From positions 3,671,356-3,703,355 of the forward strand of contig NZ_KZ454944.1 in NCBI RefSeq assembly GCF_002797415.1: 32,000 nucleotides of DNA. Reading direction: 5' to 3'. The translations under genes and the position numbers were made by a program. The notes under the pieces are model-generated. The model had not been told where the DNA came from and ran no database searches. It was given only the letters and a program-made list of their open reading frames with translations. This document shows, piece by piece, positions 1 through 10,805 of this stretch (the stretch's first letter is position 1; every line of letters begins with the position of its first letter). The stretch is from Bacillus alkalisoli (lineage in GTDB: Bacteria; Bacillota; Bacilli; Bacillales; Bacillaceae_I).

Positions 1-1392
1 CGCCGTCTTGGTCCAGGGGTTACAGCATTATCGGCTGGAGCATCTGACATGAGTGGTTGGATGTTAATGGGTCTTCCAGGTGCGATGTATGTTTCTGGTA
101 TATCAAGCATTTGGATTGCAATCGGTTTAACAATCGGTGCGTATTTGAACTATATTATCGTTGCCCCACGTCTTCGTACTTACACAGAAGTAGCGAACGA
201 TTCTATTACAATCCCAGATTTCTTTGAAAACCGTTTCTTTGACGGTACTCGATTACTACGTTTCGTATCTGCGGTCGTTATTATTATTTTCTTTACTTTA
301 TACACATCTTCGGGTTTAGTAGCAGGCGGGACATTGTTTAATAGTGCATTTAATATGGACTATAAAGTAGGCTTATTTGTAACTGCAGGTGTAGTTGTTG
401 CCTATACTTTATTTGGTGGATTTTTAGCTGTTAGTTTAACAGACTTTGTTCAAGGGTGTATTATGTTCTTAGCACTCGTACTAGTCCCAATCGTAGCTTT
501 TACACACCTTGGTGGTCCTGCACAAACATTTGATGAAATCCGTGCAATTGATCCTTCGTACCTGAATTTATTTTCGGGAATGACTGTTTTAGGAATTATT
601 TCTTTATTAGCATGGGGCTTAGGTTACTTCGGTCAGCCACATATTATTGTTCGATTTATGGCAATAAAAAATGTGAAAGACTTAAAAGCTGCACGACGTA
701 TCGGTATTAGCTGGATGACGGTTTCTATCATTGGTGCGATGGCTACTGGTCTTGTCGGTATTGCTTATGTATCCCAAACTGGGGTAAGCTTTTCCAATGA
801 TGATGCGGAAACAATCTTTATTGTGTTATCGCAAATATTGTTTGATCCCATAATTGGAGGGTTTTTACTTGCAGCCATTTTAGCAGCAATCATGAGTACA
901 ATTTCTTCTCAATTACTAGTTACATCAAGTGCCCTTACAGAAGATTTTTATAAAACATTTTTAAGAAAAGAAGCAACGGATAAAGAGTTAGTTTTAGCAG
1001 GTCGTATTTCGGTATTGATCGTCGCTTTAGTTGCGATTATGTTATCTTATACACCAAACGACACTATCTTAAACCTTGTTGGTAATGCGTGGGCTGGATT
1101 TGGTGCTGCATTTGGACCAGTTATCATTTTAAGCTTGTACTGGAAGCGAATGAATCGCTGGGGTGCTTTAGCTGGTATGTTAACAGGTGCGTTAACGGTA
1201 CTATTCTGGATTTACGCTCCAATTGAAATAGATGGACAATCATTAAGTGGTTGGATGTACGAAATGGTTCCCGGTTTTGTCCTTGCAACCATTGCAGTAA
1301 TTGTTGTGTCTTATTTAACAAACTTCCCACGTAAAAAAGTACGTGAAGGCTTTAAAGAGATGGAAGATACGTTAGAAGAGGAAACAAAATAA
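1..1392 (+). CDS. putP: sodium:proline symporter (SSF family), 5'-truncated by window edge
   Basis: Frame 1 is open from base 1 (RRLGPGVTALSAGASDMSGW...) and runs into the 447-aa ORF. Polytopic hydrophobic protein with the PutP/OpuE-type SAGASDMSGW motif. TAA at 1390-1392 is followed by a hairpin terminator. Confidence 0.9.
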   Translation, partial: RRLGPGVTALSAGASDMSGWMLMGLPGAMYVSGISSIWIAIGLTIGAYLNYIIVAPRLRTYTEVANDSITIPDFFENRFFDGTRLLRFVSAVVIIIFFTLYTSSGLVAGGTLFNSAFNMDYKVGLFVTAGVVVAYTLFGGFLAVSLTDFVQGCIMFLALVLVPIVAFTHLGGPAQTFDEIRAIDPSYLNLFSGMTVLGIISLLAWGLGYFGQPHIIVRFMAIKNVKDLKAARRIGISWMTVSIIGAMATGLVGIAYVSQTGVSFSNDDAETIFIVLSQILFDPIIGGFLLAAILAAIMSTISSQLLVTSSALTEDFYKTFLRKEATDKELVLAGRISVLIVALVAIMLSYTPNDTILNLVGNAWAGFGAAFGPVIILSLYWKRMNRWGALAGMLTGALTVLFWIYAPIEIDGQSLSGWMYEMVPGFVLATIAVIVVSYLTNFPRKKVREGFKEMEDTLEEETK

Positions 1393-1394
1393 GT

Positions 1395-1436
1395 AAAAAA
1401 GGTTATGCTGAGCAGTGCCTTGGCATAACCTTTTTT
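1395..1436. terminator. bidirectional intrinsic terminator after putP
   Basis: aaaaaaGGTTATGC-(14 nt loop)-GCATAACCtttttt: a perfect stem flanked by an A-run and a T-run. Confidence 0.75.
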
Positions 1437-1452
1437 GTTATTTTGGACTTTA

Positions 1453-1617
1453 TGTTTCAATCCACTGGCTTTGTGTTTCAATTTTAAGTGGTTGTGTTTC
1501 AATCTTTGCTCCTTTTGTTTCAATCCTTCATCTGACACTTGTTTGTGTTTCAATTTGATCACTTTCTGTTTCAATTTCTACTGGTTGTGTTTCAATCCTG
1601 CTGACTTGTGTTTCAAT
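1453..1617 (+). repeat. phased array of 8 copies of TGTTTCAAT (degenerate 21-bp tandem repeat)
   Basis: TGTTTCAAT starts at 1453, 1474, 1495, 1516, 1546, 1567, 1588 and 1609. Seven spacings: six of 21 bp and one of 30 bp. The array lies between two convergent terminators. Confidence 0.9.
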
Positions 1618-1633
1618 TTCACTCTCTGACCAT

Positions 1634-1671
1634 AATAAAAGCCCACTACCTCCAAATAAGGTAATGGGCTT
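1634..1671 (-). terminator. intrinsic terminator of the P5C dehydrogenase gene
   Basis: Minus strand reads AAGCCCATTACC-loop-GGTAGTGGGCTT followed by TTTTAT, directly after the stop at 1679. Confidence 0.7.
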
Positions 1672-1678
1672 CATTATA

Positions 1679-3226
1679 TTATAACGTCTCTGAAGTTGTT
1701 TTAGCTTGCATGTGTAATAATAGGTAGTCCGGGCCACCAGCTTTAGAGTCAGTACCAGACATGTTGAATCCACCAAATGGTTGGTATCCAACGATTGCAC
1801 CTGTACAACCACGATTGAAGTAAAGGTTACCTACGTGGAAGTCTTCGCGAGCTTGTTCAATATGGTCACGGTTGTTCGTGATAACAGCACCAGTTAAACC
1901 ATACTCAGTGTTGTTTGCGATTTCTAAAGCATGATCAAAGTCTTTTGCTTTAGAGAATGCTACAACAGGTCCGAAGATTTCTTCTTGCATTAAGCGAGCT
2001 TTCGGCTCTACATCCGCAATGATAGTTGGTTGAACAAAGAAACCTTTAGAGCTATCTCCTTCTCCACCAGCCATTAAGCGGCCTTCTTCTTTTCCGATTT
2101 CTACATAGCTCATAATTTTATCGAATGCAGCTTGGTCAATTACAGGGCCCATGTAGTTCGAAGGGTCTGTTGGATCGCCAACTACTAATTCTTTTGTTAA
2201 CTCAACAGCACGAGCTAATACTTGATCATATACATCTTCTACGATTACCGCACGAGAACATGCAGAACATTTTTGTCCAGAGAAACCGAACGCAGATTTT
2301 ACGATAGATTGAGCAGCTAATTCTAAATCGCCCTCTTTATCTACTACGATAGTGTCTTTTCCGCCCATTTCAGCGATTACACGCTTTAACCAAATTTGGC
2401 CAGGGTTTACTTTAGAAGCACGCTCATAAATACGTAATCCAACATCACGAGATCCTGTGAAAGAGATAAAACGAGTACGTGGGTGGTCTACTAAGTAGTC
2501 CCCAACTTCTGCTCCACTACCTGGGATGAAGTTTAGTACACCGGCAGGTAATCCTGCTTCTTCCATCACTTCTACGAATTTAGCTGCTACAATTGGAGTT
2601 GTAGAAGCTGGTTTTAATAATACAGTGTTACCTGTTACGATTGCTGCTACTGCTGTACCAGCCATGATTGCAAATGGGAAGTTCCAAGGAGAAATAATTA
2701 CACCAACACCTAGTGGAACATATCCGTAACGGTTGTATTCACCAGGACGACTTTCTACTGGAACACCATCTTTAATTTTTAACATTTGACGAGCATAAAA
2801 CTCTAAGAAATCGATAGCTTCTGCAGTATCTGCATCTGCCTCATTCCAAGGTTTACCTGCTTCTTTTGTTAAAAGAGCAGAGAATTCATCCTTACGACGA
2901 CGAATGATCGCTGCTGCGCGGAATAAGATATCAGCTCTCATTTCCGGCTTTGTTTTACGCCAAGTGTTAAATGTTTCATCCGCAATTTGCATTGCTTTTT
3001 CAGCTAGCTCTTGGTTCGCTTTTGATACACGACCAATAACCTCTTCTTTATTCGCTGGGTTCACGGATACGATTTTTTCATCAGTCGTAACACGCTCGCC
3101 TCCAATTACTAAAGGATAATCTTGTCCTAAATAAGATTCTACAAGTTTTAAGCCTTCTAAATAAGCTTTCTTGTTTTCCTCATTAGTGAAATCAGTAAAT
3201 GGTTCATGTTTGTAAGGTAATACCAT
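1679..3226 (-). CDS. pruA: 1-pyrroline-5-carboxylate (L-glutamate gamma-semialdehyde) dehydrogenase, RocA/PutC type, 515 aa
   Basis: Aldehyde dehydrogenase family with the [14 protein letters not shown]-terminus typical of Bacillus RocA/PutC. The ATG at 3224-3226 follows a GGAGG site (plus-strand cctcc at 3236-3240); the ORF-track start at 3274 has none. It sits next to a proline symporter. Confidence 0.9.
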   Translation of the reverse strand: MVLPYKHEPFTDFTNEENKKAYLEGLKLVESYLGQDYPLVIGGERVTTDEKIVSVNPANKEEVIGRVSKANQELAEKAMQIADETFNTWRKTKPEMRADILFRAAAIIRRRKDEFSALLTKEAGKPWNEADADTAEAIDFLEFYARQMLKIKDGVPVESRPGEYNRYGYVPLGVGVIISPWNFPFAIMAGTAVAAIVTGNTVLLKPASTTPIVAAKFVEVMEEAGLPAGVLNFIPGSGAEVGDYLVDHPRTRFISFTGSRDVGLRIYERASKVNPGQIWLKRVIAEMGGKDTIVVDKEGDLELAAQSIVKSAFGFSGQKCSACSRAVIVEDVYDQVLARAVELTKELVVGDPTDPSNYMGPVIDQAAFDKIMSYVEIGKEEGRLMAGGEGDSSKGFFVQPTIIADVEPKARLMQEEIFGPVVAFSKAKDFDHALEIANNTEYGLTGAVITNNRDHIEQAREDFHVGNLYFNRGCTGAIVGYQPFGGFNMSGTDSKAGGPDYLLLHMQAKTTSETL

Positions 3227-3272
3227 TACATTCGCCTCCTTATACATTATAAAGCGCTTGCACACAATTCTC

Positions 3273-3301
3273 ATTCTACCTTATAAATCCTAACCTTTCA
3301 A
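3273..3301 (-). promoter_or_regulatory. candidate sigma-A promoter for pruA (TTGAAA-17-TAGAAT)
   Basis: Minus strand has TTGAAA (3296-3301), a 17-nt spacer, then TAGAAT (3273-3278), about 45 nt upstream of the start codon. I found no -24/-12 sigma-54 motif. Confidence 0.4.
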
Positions 3302-3413
3302 ATATTGTTTAGCAAAATAGTTTGATAGTTTTTTTATGGTTTTATGTAATTAGTTAAGAATGTTTATAATTATACAATTATTATACTAGAAAAGTAATTT
3401 TCCGCTGCTAATC

Positions 3414-3540
3414 GTAGATGTTCGTGGCAGGCATTCGCTTTCCGCGGGCGGACGCGGGAGCCTCCTCGGCGCAAGCGCCTGTGGGGTCTCCCTTGTCACG
3501 CTTTTCCCGCAGGAGTTTCATGCCTGCCACGAACATCTAC
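3414..3540 (+). repeat. GC-rich palindromic interspersed element, copy A (127 bp)
   Basis: Perfect 21-bp terminal inverted repeat gtagatgttcgtggcaggcat / atgcctgccacgaacatctac. It encloses the core CGCTTTCCGCGGGCGG..GGGAGCCTCCTCGGCGCAAGCGCCTGTGGGGTCTCCC..CCCGCAGGAG, which is shared with the copies at 13784, 15667, 28991 and 31776. Confidence 0.9.
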
Positions 3541-3550
3541 TTTATTCTCT

Positions 3551-3589
3551 ATAAAAATGAGAGAGACTTTCATATTTCAAAAGTCCCTC
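3551..3589 (-). terminator. intrinsic terminator after yerH/camS
   Basis: Minus strand reads GAGGGACTTT-loop-AAAGTCTCTC followed by ATTTTTAT, about 25 nt after the stop at 3615. Confidence 0.65.
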
Positions 3590-3614
3590 TTTTAATTCAA
3601 TTTTAATTCAATGA

Positions 3615-4757
3615 TTAATAAATATGCACAAATGGTTTTTCTGCTCCAGCATCTCTTACGATTAAGGCTTCAGGTCCTTTGATGGACATGATAGACAGTT
3701 GTAGATTGATGTGAGCTGGGAAATGTTCTAATACTAGACTTGTTACGTATTGAGTAAAACCAATTAACTCGGCTTTACCGTGGTAATCCATATTTATTCT
3801 AATTGTTAAACTTTGTAAATCCTCTTCAATAAAGTGTCCAGTACCAACTACACCGGTATGATTTGGAAAATAATCTTCAATGTCGGCCTTAAAGTTCTGA
3901 AACCTTACTGCATCATCACGAAAATCTCTCATTGCAGCGGATGAAGGAAAATATTGATAACTTTCATTTATCGTTTCCCATCTTCCGACACTTGCACTAT
4001 TTTCTCCAACTGTAGCTTTTGCTATAAACGTACCGGGAACAATTGAAGTATTTGGACTTTGTTTATACAGTGCCACCATTATTGGGATGCCACTACCAAC
4101 TTCATTTCTTACACGTGCAACGATTTCCTCAGCCATCCTTCTGCCTTCTGACTCTATACGGTTATCTGGTATATCATAATCTCTTGCAACTGGCACTCCA
4201 CTTTCTAACACCATTTCATAACTATGAACGGTGTTAAGCGCTAAACCAATGGTAACGCCACCTAATTCTACTGCCCCGTCATTTTTTCTTACTAAATAAT
4301 TTTGTTCTAATATATGAGCTAAGATAATTGGACTACTTTCATTTGTTTCTTGGTCATTTCCCCCTATTTTAAGAGGAGGATTTAAACCTAAACTTTCTTC
4401 ACCTTCATTGCGACTTAACCAAGCACTGACAGCATTTCTACTTATTGTTTGACCATCTTGATAAAGATAAGTAGATGACGGAAATTGCGTCAATGAATGT
4501 CTCATTAAACCTGTTTCAAACTCATCTACATCATATCTACTACCTAGCCTTGGCACTACTTGACCACGTGTTTGTCCTGGTTTAAACGGTAAGATTGTTT
4601 GGTAATATTCATCTGATATTTTATACCGCGGAACAATTGCTCTTTCTGCCTCTTCCTGTAATGGATCTTGTATAACCTCTTCTTGTTTTTCAAAACCAGG
4701 TATACATCCAGTTAACAAAAGAGAAGCACCAAGGAGAACGGTTATATACCTATTCAC
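3615..4757 (-). CDS. yerH: CamS-family (YerH-like) lipoprotein
   Basis: Signal peptide with a lipobox (LLLTGC). The position downstream of ligA matches B. subtilis yerH. The ORF track starts at GTG 4766, but the AGAGGTG Shine-Dalgarno site abuts that codon, so I prefer the in-frame GTG at 4755-4757 (MNRYITVLLGASLLLTGC). The start is uncertain by 9 nt. Confidence 0.85.
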   Translation of the reverse strand: MNRYITVLLGASLLLTGCIPGFEKQEEVIQDPLQEEAERAIVPRYKISDEYYQTILPFKPGQTRGQVVPRLGSRYDVDEFETGLMRHSLTQFPSSTYLYQDGQTISRNAVSAWLSRNEGEESLGLNPPLKIGGNDQETNESSPIILAHILEQNYLVRKNDGAVELGGVTIGLALNTVHSYEMVLESGVPVARDYDIPDNRIESEGRRMAEEIVARVRNEVGSGIPIMVALYKQSPNTSIVPGTFIAKATVGENSASVGRWETINESYQYFPSSAAMRDFRDDAVRFQNFKADIEDYFPNHTGVVGTGHFIEEDLQSLTIRINMDYHGKAELIGFTQYVTSLVLEHFPAHINLQLSIMSIKGPEALIVRDAGAEKPFVHIY

Positions 4758-4769
4758 CTTCAACACCTC

Positions 4770-6836
<2,067 letters not shown>

Positions 6837-6846
6837 CTATATTAGC

Positions 6847-9108
6847 TTATTCTTTCGTAATTGGTGCAAACTTGGCTAATAGTCGTTTGATACCAATTGG
6901 ACTTGGGAAGGCAATGTCTAATTCTTTGCTTTCTCCTTCTCCTTTTACACTAACAACTGTGCCAGTGCCCCACTTCCCATGGGATGCTTTGTCGCCTACG
7001 TTCCAATCAAGTGTATCTCCACCTGTCGTTTTGGGAGACGGCGTTGGCTTTCTTGCTGCTATAGGACTTGTAGTTCTTGCCGGAGACTGTCCAAACGGTG
7101 AGCGTGCCATTGATCCAAAGGGTGATGGTTTACTTATCTTTTCCTTTTCTAATGCCAATACATCTTCTAACAATTCTTGTGGTATTTCTTTTATAAAACG
7201 AGAAGGAGGATTCATGCTTGTACGACCGAACAGCGTACGCATTTGTGCATTGGAAATGAATAGTTGTTCTTCCGCTCTTGTTATTCCTACGTATGCTAAG
7301 CGGCGTTCTTCTTCCATCTCTGCTTCTTCAAATAGCGAGCGACTATGTGGGAATACCCCTTCTTCTAAGCCGATTAAAAATACAATTGGGAACTCTAGCC
7401 CTTTCGCTGCATGAAGAGTCATTAATGTAATAAACTCTTTCTCTTCTGTTTTATCTTCCCCTAATTGGTCAATATCTGCTATTAGAGCTAAATCTGTTAA
7501 AAATCCTACTAAAGTTTTGTCATCATTTTTTTCTTCAAAGTTTTTCGTAACAGATAAAAACTCTTCAATATTTTCTAGCCTGCTTTGTGCTTCTATCGTT
7601 TTTTCTTGAATTAACATTTCGCGGTAACCAGCTTTATCCAACACTTCATCCACTAGCTCTGTTACAGATAAGTATTCTTGCATTTGTGTGTAATTGTTAA
7701 TGAGCGAGTAAAACTCTTTTAATGATGAGGTTGCCTTACCACTTACACCGATTAGATCTACTTCCGCCAATGCCTGAAACATTGAGATATCATGGTTTTG
7801 TGCATAGTTAGCTACTTTATCAACAGATGTCGTTCCAATTCCTCTTTTAGGAACGTTAACAACACGCATTAAACTAATGTCATCGTCAGGATTCGCAATT
7901 AATCGTAAATAAGCTAGAATGTCTTTAATTTCTTTACGATCGTAGAACTTTGTTCCGCCGACAATCGTGTAGTTAATGTTAGATTTAACTAATGTTTCCT
8001 CCATTACACGTGATTGGGCGTTTGTTCTGTATAAAATCGCAAAGTCAGTTAGTTTTTTGGTTGGATCTTTTTGTAAATATTCTTTAATTTTCCCTACAAC
8101 GAATTGTGACTCTGCATTTTCTGAGTCCGCGTGATAGTAAACAATTTTGTTTCCTTCTGCGTTATCTGTCCATAGTTTTTTCGCTTTACGGTTCATGTTG
8201 TTTTCAATTACTTTGTTTGCAGCTTCGAGAATGCGTTTCGTTGAACGGTAGTTTTGTTCTAGTAAAACTGTTTGGGCGTTTGGATAATCTTTTTCAAAAG
8301 AAAGGATATTTGCAATATCTGCTCCACGCCATCTATAAATAGACTGATCCGAGTCTCCTACTACACATACATTTTTCAAGCGATCGCCTAGTAATTTAAC
8401 CAGTTTATATTGAGCATGGTTCGTATCTTGATACTCATCTACATGGATGTATTGGAATTTACGTTGGTAATACTCTAGTACTTCTGGAACTCGCTCGAAT
8501 AAATGAATCGTTGTCATAATAAGGTCATCAAAGTCTAACGCTTGGTTTTTCTTTAAGCGCTTTTGGTATTCTGTATAAACGTTGCTAACCGTTTCCGTAT
8601 AAAAATCGAGTGCTTGTTTAGCAAATTGCTCCGGAGTTATCAGTTCGTTTTTCGCTGAGCTGATGGAACCTAAAATAGAGCGAGGTTCGTGTTTTTTCGG
8701 GTCTAAGTTGCGATCTTTTAAGATATTTTTAATAACAGACAATTGGTCAGTTGTATCTAAAATAGTAAAGTTACGATTCATTCCAATTCGATCTATGTCT
8801 CGACGTAAAATTCTTACACACATGGAATGGAAGGTAGAGATCCATATTTCTTCTGCTACGGATCCGCCCACTATCGTTTTAATACGTTCCTTCATTTCTC
8901 TTGCTGCTTTGTTCGTGAAAGTAATCGCTAAAATATTCCAAGGTGGCACTTCTTTTTCTGCCATTAAGTAGGCGATTCTATGTGTTAATACGCGTGTTTT
9001 TCCACTACCTGCACCGGCCATAATTAAAAGAGGCCCATCAGTTGTTCTTACAGCCTCTTGTTGCATCGGGTTTAATCCATCTAATAAACGTTGACTAATA
9101 TATTGCAT
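6847..9108 (-). CDS. pcrA: ATP-dependent DNA helicase PcrA (UvrD/Rep superfamily 1)
   Basis: Walker A motif AGAGSGKT, the DEYQDT motif and a Tudor-like C-terminal domain. ATG at 9106-9108 ([14 protein letters not shown]) follows a GGGAG site; the ORF-track start at 9132 lacks an RBS. Confidence 0.96.
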   Translation of the reverse strand: MQYISQRLLDGLNPMQQEAVRTTDGPLLIMAGAGSGKTRVLTHRIAYLMAEKEVPPWNILAITFTNKAAREMKERIKTIVGGSVAEEIWISTFHSMCVRILRRDIDRIGMNRNFTILDTTDQLSVIKNILKDRNLDPKKHEPRSILGSISSAKNELITPEQFAKQALDFYTETVSNVYTEYQKRLKKNQALDFDDLIMTTIHLFERVPEVLEYYQRKFQYIHVDEYQDTNHAQYKLVKLLGDRLKNVCVVGDSDQSIYRWRGADIANILSFEKDYPNAQTVLLEQNYRSTKRILEAANKVIENNMNRKAKKLWTDNAEGNKIVYYHADSENAESQFVVGKIKEYLQKDPTKKLTDFAILYRTNAQSRVMEETLVKSNINYTIVGGTKFYDRKEIKDILAYLRLIANPDDDISLMRVVNVPKRGIGTTSVDKVANYAQNHDISMFQALAEVDLIGVSGKATSSLKEFYSLINNYTQMQEYLSVTELVDEVLDKAGYREMLIQEKTIEAQSRLENIEEFLSVTKNFEEKNDDKTLVGFLTDLALIADIDQLGEDKTEEKEFITLMTLHAAKGLEFPIVFLIGLEEGVFPHSRSLFEEAEMEEERRLAYVGITRAEEQLFISNAQMRTLFGRTSMNPPSRFIKEIPQELLEDVLALEKEKISKPSPFGSMARSPFGQSPARTTSPIAARKPTPSPKTTGGDTLDWNVGDKASHGKWGTGTVVSVKGEGESKELDIAFPSPIGIKRLLAKFAPITKE

Positions 9109-9150
9109 GTTTACTCCCACCGCCTTATACAAACATTTGTTCTTATTATA

Positions 9151-9846
9151 TTATAAAACCTGCTCTTTTGCTACTTGTACAGTTTTTAATGCTTCTTCTA
9201 AATTATCGTAAATAAGGTTACCGACGACTATTGTGTCTGCGTGCTCGGCCATTTCTTTTGCTTTTTCAGAATCTGTAATGCCTCCACCGTAAAAAAGCTG
9301 TGCTTCATCTAGTGTGGCGCTAATTTTTTTTACAAGCTGTACGTCCCCATATGTTCCACTATATTCTAGATAGAAAATCGGGAGCTTGAACACCTTTTCA
9401 GAAAGTCTAGCATACGCTATTACGTCCTCTTCGGAAAGGTCTGTTTGTGCATTGGTTAATTTTGCTGCTTTGCAGTCGGGGTTTAAAATGCAGTAACCTT
9501 CCGTCATCACTTCGTCCCAATCCATCACATCACCGTATTCCTTTAGTGCTTGTTGATGTAGTCCTACAATCCATTCAGGATTAGGGCTATTGAGGACGGT
9601 AGGGATAAAATAAAAGTCAAATCCCGGTGTAACGGATTCTATGTTTGATACTTCTAGAACACATGGCACCGTATATCTGCGAATGCTGCTCATTAAATGG
9701 AGAACATTATCAATCGTAACTCCGTCAGTTCCGCCAACTATGATAGCATCTGTACCTGATTCACATATTTGTTCTAATGTTTTGTCGTCCATTGGTTTGT
9801 TTGGATCTAATTTAAAAATGTGTCTCCATTCCCGTACATTATACAT
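9151..9846 (-). CDS. pcrB: heptaprenylglyceryl phosphate synthase PcrB, 231 aa
   Basis: The N-terminus [17 protein letters not shown] matches the Bacillus PcrB N-terminus. It lies directly upstream of pcrA. A GGAGGA site lies upstream of ATG 9844-9846; the longer ORF-track start at 9885 has no RBS. Confidence 0.92.
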   Translation of the reverse strand: MYNVREWRHIFKLDPNKPMDDKTLEQICESGTDAIIVGGTDGVTIDNVLHLMSSIRRYTVPCVLEVSNIESVTPGFDFYFIPTVLNSPNPEWIVGLHQQALKEYGDVMDWDEVMTEGYCILNPDCKAAKLTNAQTDLSEEDVIAYARLSEKVFKLPIFYLEYSGTYGDVQLVKKISATLDEAQLFYGGGITDSEKAKEMAEHADTIVVGNLIYDNLEEALKTVQVAKEQVL

Positions 9847-9883
9847 AAAGAAAGTCTTCCTCCAATTCTTATTCCATTTTTTC

Positions 9884-9892
9884 ATTATATCA
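9884..9892 (-). promoter_or_regulatory. candidate extended -10 (TGaTATAAT) for pcrB-pcrA-ligA-yerH
   Basis: Minus strand reads TGATATAAT about 38 nt upstream of the pcrB ATG. The -35 region is poor. Confidence 0.35.
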
Positions 9893-10259
9893 AAATTAAG
9901 GGAAGGCGAAAAAGGGAATGGTTGAGGAAATATGATGAGTTTTTTAATGGTTGTTACTGTTTTGGTGCCGGATTACTACCCGGGTGGCTTTGGGTGAGTA
10001 GTTTTAATTGGTTTGTTAATGTTTTTAGTATTTGGGGTTCGTATTAATAGATTTTTTGTTACACTTTGAGTAATTTATGCTACACCTCGTTTCTTTTTTT
10101 ACTACACTCCCTCAACTTTACGCTACACCTTAACACCTTTACCCTGTCGCTAAATATTTGCATAATATTTCCTTAACCCCCTACCAAAAGTTTCATCTTT
10201 CTGTATTCGGGTATACATAAAAACATACAACCATACTGTTATATCAGGAGGTGTTGAAA

Positions 10260-10424
10260 ATGCCTATTTGGGCTTGGTTCGTCATTGGCTTTTTAGCCTT
10301 ACTCGTATTTGGAGCAATCGTTGACTATGTAAACAAGCAAAAAAGAAAAGGTTTAACAGACACAACCGATGCATATGACGTAGATGATGTAAAAACAAAA
10401 CAACATTCCAATCCATACCTTTAA
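10260..10424 (+). CDS. small membrane protein, 54 aa (absent from the ORF track)
   Basis: An AGGAGG site (10245-10250) lies 9 nt before ATG 10260. The product is MPIWAWFVIGFLALLVFGAIVDYVNKQKRKGLTDTTDAYDVDDVKTKQHSNPYL, one N-terminal TM helix plus a charged tail. TAA at 10422-10424 is followed by a strong terminator. Confidence 0.6.
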   Translation: MPIWAWFVIGFLALLVFGAIVDYVNKQKRKGLTDTTDAYDVDDVKTKQHSNPYL

Positions 10425-10444
10425 ATGATGTAGATATACGAACT

Positions 10445-10489
10445 AAAAAATGGATGTTCACCTGATAATCTAGTGAACATCCATTTTTT
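10445..10489. terminator. bidirectional intrinsic terminator shared by the small ORF and yerC
   Basis: aaaaaaTGGATGTTCAC-loop-GTGAACATCCAtttttt. It overlaps the yerC stop codon. Confidence 0.8.
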
Positions 10490-10790
10490 ATTTTTCTTCT
10501 GTATCCGTAATTCTTTCTAGGGCCATTTCGTATGCGTCATTGCCGTAATTTAAGCATCTTTTCACACGAGAAATTGTTGCTGTACTTGCTCCCGTTTCTG
10601 TTTCTATTTTATGATAGGTAAATCCATCGCGAAGCATTCTTGCTACTTCCAGACGTTGTGCTAAAGATTGAATTTCATTCATTGTGCAAAGGTCATCAAA
10701 AAAACGATAACATTCTTCTACATCTTTTAATGAAAGAACTGCCTCAAATAATTGATCGAGTTCTCTTCCACGCAGCTTATTAATTTGCAT
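10488..10790 (-). CDS. yerC: YerC/YecD-family TrpR-like DNA-binding protein, 100 aa
   Basis: Sequence ...CTMNEIQSLAQRLEVARML..G.TYHKIETETGASTATISRVKRCLNYG is typical of the family. The synteny matches (yerB-yerC). Confidence 0.9.
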   Translation of the reverse strand: MQINKLRGRELDQLFEAVLSLKDVEECYRFFDDLCTMNEIQSLAQRLEVARMLRDGFTYHKIETETGASTATISRVKRCLNYGNDAYEMALERITDTEEK

Positions 10791-10805
10791 TACTTTACAA
10801 CTCCT

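Noticed and set aside
1453-1617. CRISPR array interpretation of the TGTTTCAAT, 52-bp and GC-rich repeats
   Set aside because: The 21-bp period leaves only about 12-nt spacers that are themselves related. The 52-bp arrays repeat the whole unit with no unique spacers. The GC-rich copies are dispersed, not tandem. No cas genes are present in the window.
1311-1629. ORFs 1311-1574(-), 1435-1629(+) and 1528-1812(-), whose products show heptad-like periodicity (LKHK.., LCFN..)
   Set aside because: The 7-aa periodicity is just the 21-bp DNA repeat read in frame. The ORFs have no RBS, span two terminators, and overlap the ends of real genes.
3418-3606. 62-aa ORF (MFVAGIRFPRADAGASSAQAPVGSPLSRFSRRS...) and its counterparts 13708-13911(-), 15675-15890(+), 31752-32000(+) and 31762-31983(-)
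   Set aside because: All of these are translations of the GC-rich palindromic repeat on one strand or the other. They have no RBS, the shared peptide motifs (PAESE.., PVGSPLSRFSRRS) simply mirror the repeated DNA, and the element occurs in both orientations. They are a likely source of spurious conserved hypothetical proteins.
9932-9997. 21-aa hydrophobic peptide ORF ([21 protein letters not shown]) with a GAGGA site upstream, and the overlapping 75-aa ORF 9820-10047
   Set aside because: The SD-to-ATG spacing is short (about 4-5 nt), no terminator or promoter is evident, and it is too short to judge from composition. The 75-aa ORF starts inside pcrB on the opposite strand and has no RBS.
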